The notes beneath the pieces are model-generated. The model saw nothing but the letters and a program-made list of their open reading frames with translations, was not told the DNA's origin and did not search any database. The translations under genes were made by a program, and so were the position numbers. From NCBI GenBank assembly GCA_963751455.1, contig CAVVUN010000008.1:128001-192000 (forward strand): DNA of 64,000 nt, written 5' to 3'. Shown here in pieces: positions 59,656-64,000 of this stretch; positions within the stretch are counted from its first letter, which is position 1; each line of letters starts with the position of its first letter. The stretch comes from Nitrospirota bacterium (lineage in GTDB: Bacteria; Nitrospirota; UBA9217).

Positions 59656-60318
59656 TTAACGCATGGGCCATGCCATAAGTGATAAGCCAAAGACAGCCAT
59701 ATCGACATCAGCAGCGCGTGGCAAAGACGACACATGCTGTTTGCGTATTTCCCTATATTGGTTTATGTATTCGCTTGCTCCCATTTCATCAATGATATCG
59801 AATGTCACACGTAAATCCTTGGCTTGGCGAAGTTTAGCCTCGTCTACCGCCCTGCGCACGTCCCAATTGTTTTTCTTTAAGAATCCCAACATCGCGGCCA
59901 CACGCCAGTCAATAACGCCCCATTTATCAGGCCAAAGAAATCTCAAAACAGATGTCGCAACCTTTGCGCGTTTCTGTCCTGTCTCATCATCACGTGATGA
60001 ACCAAAGCCTTTCAATTCCATGATGGCAAGGAGCGTTTCGATATCATTAGTCGATTTAGTGGCGGCGTTTATAGCATTCCAGATTTGAGTATCAGAATTA
60101 CGACAAGCATTGCCCATTCTTTGTTGTAAACAACCTGCTTTCCACTTTTCGATCTCAATTAGCAATTGACGGACTTCTTTCATAGCGGGTACAGGTGGAT
60201 TAGCATCGTATTGTTTGATTAGCTGTAGAATGTGCTCGGCTTCTTTTTCGAGACGCAATGTCCACTGATAGTCACCGGAAACCGTCATATAATGCTCTAA
60301 ACCATCGTGTAGCACCAT
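59656..60318 (-). CDS. Hypothetical protein with HhH DNA-glycosylase-like motifs
   Basis: IEKWK, LKGFG...VATSVLRFLWPDKWGVIDWRV, R.ADVDMAVF. Confidence 0.65.
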   Translation of the reverse strand: MVLHDGLEHYMTVSGDYQWTLRLEKEAEHILQLIKQYDANPPVPAMKEVRQLLIEIEKWKAGCLQQRMGNACRNSDTQIWNAINAATKSTNDIETLLAIMELKGFGSSRDDETGQKRAKVATSVLRFLWPDKWGVIDWRVAAMLGFLKKNNWDVRRAVDEAKLRQAKDLRVTFDIIDEMGASEYINQYREIRKQHVSSLPRAADVDMAVFGLSLMAWPMR

Positions 60319-60445
60319 GATGTACCTTTCTCTGAAATTTCCTTAGAATGCGGGACTCGAATGATTCGTTATCAGTTTATGACTTCTAGGAATCTTGAAC
60401 TCATCCATCCAGCTTTCGATGCATTGGCGTCATTATGATATCTCG

Positions 60446-60985
60446 TTACCTGATTTGCATATAACTTTGACTCTCTGGGCCTCCAAATAAAATAACCGGC
60501 TCTGGTCCTTCACCTACATCTTTTATAGCTGAAATGAGGAACTTCTGAGATTGGCGTCTAAGACCAGATGAAAGCGTTAATGTAACAATATGCTGCCCAT
60601 CTCCGGCCCAAGTGTGATTTTTATTATCTCCCCAGTATGGATAACCCACAGGAACTTTTTTAGATACTCGCCTAGGAAAAGTAACCACTCGAATTTCTTT
60701 GATTAAATTCTTTTCGGTATATGGAATAACCTCCTGTCTTATCACGAAGCTGTTCTTTGCGTGATCTATGCCCGCATATTGAGTTACCTCAATCGTACAA
60801 CTCACATCTTTCAATTTGGATAAGAAGCGAAGATGAATTATGGCCTCGTACCAAGACTTTTCATTCTCGACCTTGCTAGCCAACACAAAGTTTTCAACGT
60901 TAGCAATCTTACTTCGTTCCTTTATCCAGCTTCGAAGTTGGGAGCTATCATTAAAAGCATCCGCATACACTATACCCAAGAGCAA
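60446..60985 (-). CDS. Hypothetical protein, probably 5'-truncated
   Basis: AT-rich 179-codon ORF that begins exactly at an IS-end-like sequence. Confidence 0.5.
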   Translation of the reverse strand: MLLGIVYADAFNDSSQLRSWIKERSKIANVENFVLASKVENEKSWYEAIIHLRFLSKLKDVSCTIEVTQYAGIDHAKNSFVIRQEVIPYTEKNLIKEIRVVTFPRRVSKKVPVGYPYWGDNKNHTWAGDGQHIVTLTLSSGLRRQSQKFLISAIKDVGEGPEPVILFGGPESQSYMQIR

Positions 60986-61012
60986 TGTTAAGTGGACCCC
61001 TCTGTCAAGACA
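60986..61012. mobile_element. Isolated IS3-like terminal repeat remnant
   Basis: TGTTAAGTGGACCCCTCTGTCAAGACA starts with TG and abuts the truncated ORF; family call from memory only. Confidence 0.4.
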
Positions 61013-61149
61013 ATAAAGGGGTGAGATTAAGATGGTAACCGACCAAGCCGCAGCTGCATGGCGCTGCCCCGGTTTCTACCTCTCCCTGAGGTTCTTTTCG
61101 CTCTTTGAATTTATCCACAATGACGCCGTCGATCTTATTTTTTTTTAAA

Positions 61150-61183
61150 TTGACAACCGTTATTCCCTCAGATATATTACGGT
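61150..61183 (+). promoter_or_regulatory. Promoter with an overlapping ModE-box-like palindrome
   Basis: TTGACA at 61150; ACCGTTAT...ATTACGGT. Confidence 0.5.
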
Positions 61184-61185
61184 CC

Positions 61186-61560
61186 ATGCCAAAGAAAAAA
61201 GATGACCGCAAAAAATCCCTAAACCCGAAACCGGTATTGCGCGGCAGGGTCTGGATCGACGGGCCTGAGGGCACCTTTTTCGGTCACGGAAGGGCGGTCT
61301 TGCTGGAACGTATCCGAGAATATGGTTCCATAACGAAAGCGGCGAAATCCATGCAGATGGCCTACCGTCACGCGTGGGACCTTGTCGACTCGATGAACCG
61401 GCAGGCTAAGGAGCCCTTTGTGGAACTGGCCACCGGAGGCAAGGGCGGCGGCGGGGCGCGGGTGACGGAAGCAGGAGAACGGGCGATTAAGATGTTCTGG
61501 CGGTTTCATGAGGATCTGCAGACATTCTTGAAACGGGAAGAAAAGAAACTCAAAATGTAG
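61186..61560 (+). CDS. modE: ModE family regulator (HTH domain only)
   Basis: G.GR..LL..I...GSITKAAKSMQMAYRHAW..VDSMN, GGKGGGGA. Confidence 0.9.
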   Translation: MPKKKDDRKKSLNPKPVLRGRVWIDGPEGTFFGHGRAVLLERIREYGSITKAAKSMQMAYRHAWDLVDSMNRQAKEPFVELATGGKGGGGARVTEAGERAIKMFWRFHEDLQTFLKREEKKLKM

Positions 61561-61704
61561 AGGCGTGTACGATCATCATTGCCAGGCAATATTATGAGTC
61601 AAAGATTTCTCACGGAGTTTATCCTGAGTTGCAAAAGAAAGATTTCTCACTTTGTTCGAAATGACAAAAATGCGTGATTAAATTCATTATAAGAGGAGTA
61701 AGTC

Positions 61705-62544
61705 ATGTTCAGAACTTTTCTAATCGCAGCTCTCGCTATCAGTGCAGCCTTTTTTGCATTAATGCTTATACTCCCTCCGTTCACTGCGGCCTCGGAGACA
61801 AGGATTCGCTGCGCCTCGACGACCAGCACGCAGAACTCGGGCCTGTTTGACTACCTGCTGCCGCTCTTCACGAAAAAGACGGGAATCAATGTCGACGTGG
61901 TAGCAGTAGGCACCGGCGCGGCCATCGAGATCGGCAAACGCGGAGACGCGGACGTCGTTTTTGTACATGCAAAAGAGCAGGAACTGAAAGCGGTTGAAGA
62001 GGGGGTTTTCGTGAACCGGCACGATGTGATGTATAATGATTTCGTGGTTATCGGCCCGTCCATTGACCCGGCGAAGATCAGGGGCATAAAGTCAGCAACA
62101 AATGCCTTCAAGAAGATCTCGGAGTCAGGATCGTCCTTTGTCTCCCGCGGGGATAAGTCCGGCACGCATACGAAAGAGCTTTCGCTCTGGAAAAAGACCG
62201 GCATAGATCCAACAGGGCAGAAGTGGTATCTCGAGGTGGGCCAGGGAATGGAAAAGACCCAGCGTGTTGCCGACGAAAAGCGGGCTTACACACTTTCGGA
62301 CCGTGGCACCTGGCTTGCCACGAAAAACAAGGACAAACTGGACATGGTCATTGTTCTCGAAGGTGACCCGTCTCTCTTCAATCAGTACGGTGTTATGCTC
62401 GTGAACCCGGAAAAGCACAAGCACGTGAAAAACAGGGAAGGCCTGCAATTCATAAACTGGATCATCTCAAAAGAAGGCCAGGACGCCATTGCGGGTTTCA
62501 GGGACAAAAACGGCAACGCGTTGTTCATACCGAACGCGAAATAG
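61705..62544 (+). CDS. tupA: Tungstate ABC transporter substrate-binding protein
   Basis: STTSTQNSGL, VGTGAA, FVSRGDKSGTH, YTLSDRGT. Confidence 0.92.
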   Translation: MFRTFLIAALAISAAFFALMLILPPFTAASETRIRCASTTSTQNSGLFDYLLPLFTKKTGINVDVVAVGTGAAIEIGKRGDADVVFVHAKEQELKAVEEGVFVNRHDVMYNDFVVIGPSIDPAKIRGIKSATNAFKKISESGSSFVSRGDKSGTHTKELSLWKKTGIDPTGQKWYLEVGQGMEKTQRVADEKRAYTLSDRGTWLATKNKDKLDMVIVLEGDPSLFNQYGVMLVNPEKHKHVKNREGLQFINWIISKEGQDAIAGFRDKNGNALFIPNAK

Positions 62545-62657
62545 TTAAAGACACACGGGTGAACTCAGATAAGCTAAGGCTTTTTTAAATTACTACCTGT
62601 ACTTATCTGTGTGTTTCGACGAAGTCGAAACCCGTGGTTAAATAAAGCTACTTATAT

Positions 62658-63359
62658 ATGGATTCCATTACTCACGGTTTTCTAAGGGCCTTTGAACTGA
62701 TCCTCCACCTCAATCCTGAGCTTGTCGGCATTATCGTGCTTTCGCTCAAGGTGTCCGGCCTTGCGCTTGTGTTGGCGACGCTTGTGGGACTTCCTCTCGG
62801 GTCTTTCCTCGGTCTGAAAAGGTTCCCCGGCCGCGGTTTTGTGGTAAGCGCCGTAAACACGTTCATGGGTCTTCCGCCGGTAGTGGTCGGACTCTTCGTA
62901 TATCTCCTGCTGTCCCGCCGAGGTCCCCTGGGTGTGCTCGGCCTCCTCTACACGCCCACGGCAATGATCATTGCCCAGACAATCCTTGCCGCGCCGATCG
63001 TAATCGCCCTATGCCGGTCTGCTATTGTAAGTGTCGATCCTATCATCGGCCGGGCGGCACGGACTTTGGGCGCGACACCCGTGCAGGCGACTATTGCAAT
63101 AATAAAGGAGGCCAGGTACGGAATCCTGTCTGCTATTATTGCCGCCTTCGGCAGGGTCATGGCCGAAGTCGGTTCAATCCTGATTGTCGGAGGCAACATC
63201 GCGGGATACACCCGTGTCATGACCACGACCATCGCGCTTGAGACAGACAAGGGCAATTTCGAGCTGGCTCTTGCGCTCGGGATCATTCTGCTGATCATCT
63301 CGTTTATTATCAACGGCGCCCTGCATTTCGTCCAGAAAAAGGGATTGGTGCCTTCATGA
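62658..63359 (+). CDS. tupB: Tungstate ABC transporter permease
   Basis: NTFMGLPPVVVGL, FGRVMAEVG, GGNIAGYTRVMTT. Confidence 0.92.
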   Translation: MDSITHGFLRAFELILHLNPELVGIIVLSLKVSGLALVLATLVGLPLGSFLGLKRFPGRGFVVSAVNTFMGLPPVVVGLFVYLLLSRRGPLGVLGLLYTPTAMIIAQTILAAPIVIALCRSAIVSVDPIIGRAARTLGATPVQATIAIIKEARYGILSAIIAAFGRVMAEVGSILIVGGNIAGYTRVMTTTIALETDKGNFELALALGIILLIISFIINGALHFVQKKGLVPS

Positions 63360-64000
63360 AGCTTACCCTTTCGCGCATAGCAAAGAGATATGAAGACCGG
63401 ATCATCCTGAGAGATTGCTCCTACTCGTTCGACAGGAACGGTACCTATGTCCTCACCGGCCCCAACGGGTGCGGAAAATCAACCCTGCTCAGGATCTGCG
63501 CCCTGATCGAAGACCCCGATGAGGGAGAAATCGGTTTTTTCTCGGAATCGGAGATGCTGAAAAAAGACATAGACCTCAAACGTCGAATGACCCTGGTTTT
63601 GCCCCGCGTCGGCGTATTCAATACGTCTGTGTTTAACAACGTCGCCTACGGACTTGCTATCCGGGGAATAACGAAGACGGTCATCAGGGAGAAAGTCGGA
63701 CAGATGCTGGACTTCGTCGGCCTGGAGAATAAAAAGGACCAGCGTGCCCTCACGCTTTCGAGCGGCGAGACTCAGCGGCTTGGTATTGCGCGTGCGCTCG
63801 CTGTTGATCCCAAGTTCCTTTTTCTCGATGAGCCCACTGCCTCCATTGATGTCGAAAATACCGAGATCGTCGAATCGATCATCGCCGCTATGAAAAAAGA
63901 AGGCCGCACCACGGTCATCATGACTACCCACGATCGCTCTCAGGCGGAACGCCTTGCAGACCGCCTGCTGATCATCAGGCAAGGAGCGATTGAAGAGCTT
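63356..64000 (+). CDS. tupC: Tungstate ABC transporter ATP-binding protein (runs off the window end)
   Basis: Manual translation: GPNGCGKST, LSSGETQR, FLDEPT, TTHD. Confidence 0.88.
   Translation, partial: MKLTLSRIAKRYEDRIILRDCSYSFDRNGTYVLTGPNGCGKSTLLRICALIEDPDEGEIGFFSESEMLKKDIDLKRRMTLVLPRVGVFNTSVFNNVAYGLAIRGITKTVIREKVGQMLDFVGLENKKDQRALTLSSGETQRLGIARALAVDPKFLFLDEPTASIDVENTEIVESIIAAMKKEGRTTVIMTTHDRSQAERLADRLLIIRQGAIEEL

Noticed and set aside
63479-63982. 167-aa minus-strand ORF
   Set aside because: Shadow of tupC, which the ORF track missed because it runs off the window.

Overview
Bacterial chromosomal window, mostly about 50-55% GC by eye. Gene content (c7-type cytochrome, CcsA/ResB, TupABC/ModE, DUF1566) suggests an anaerobic Nitrospirota/Desulfobacterota-like organism; this is inference. 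Bases 1-48 kb are a mosaic of unlinked accessory genes and gene remnants. Bases 48-52 kb hold housekeeping genes (hup, ccsA, resB, mnmA) and 61-64 kb hold modE-tupABC. Between them, 52.4-61.0 kb is a minus-strand accessory/defence array with 4 intact toxin-antitoxin pairs, several TA remnants, a Bro-N gene, Mrr, and a HhH-glycosylase-like ORF. Two integron attC-like sites lie in this array, but no integrase is in the window (CALIN-like). The window is also rich in tiny non-autonomous mobile elements: a ~108-bp IS200/IS605-type element whose guide/cleavage tetranucleotides fit the family rule, a 24-nt hairpin inserted in frame into metF, MITEs with 4-bp target duplications, GTAG REP pairs, and 7/8/9-nt periodic repeats. 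No tRNA, rRNA, CRISPR array, reverse transcriptase, transposase or integrase was seen. All protein calls come from motif recognition by eye; no database searches were run.
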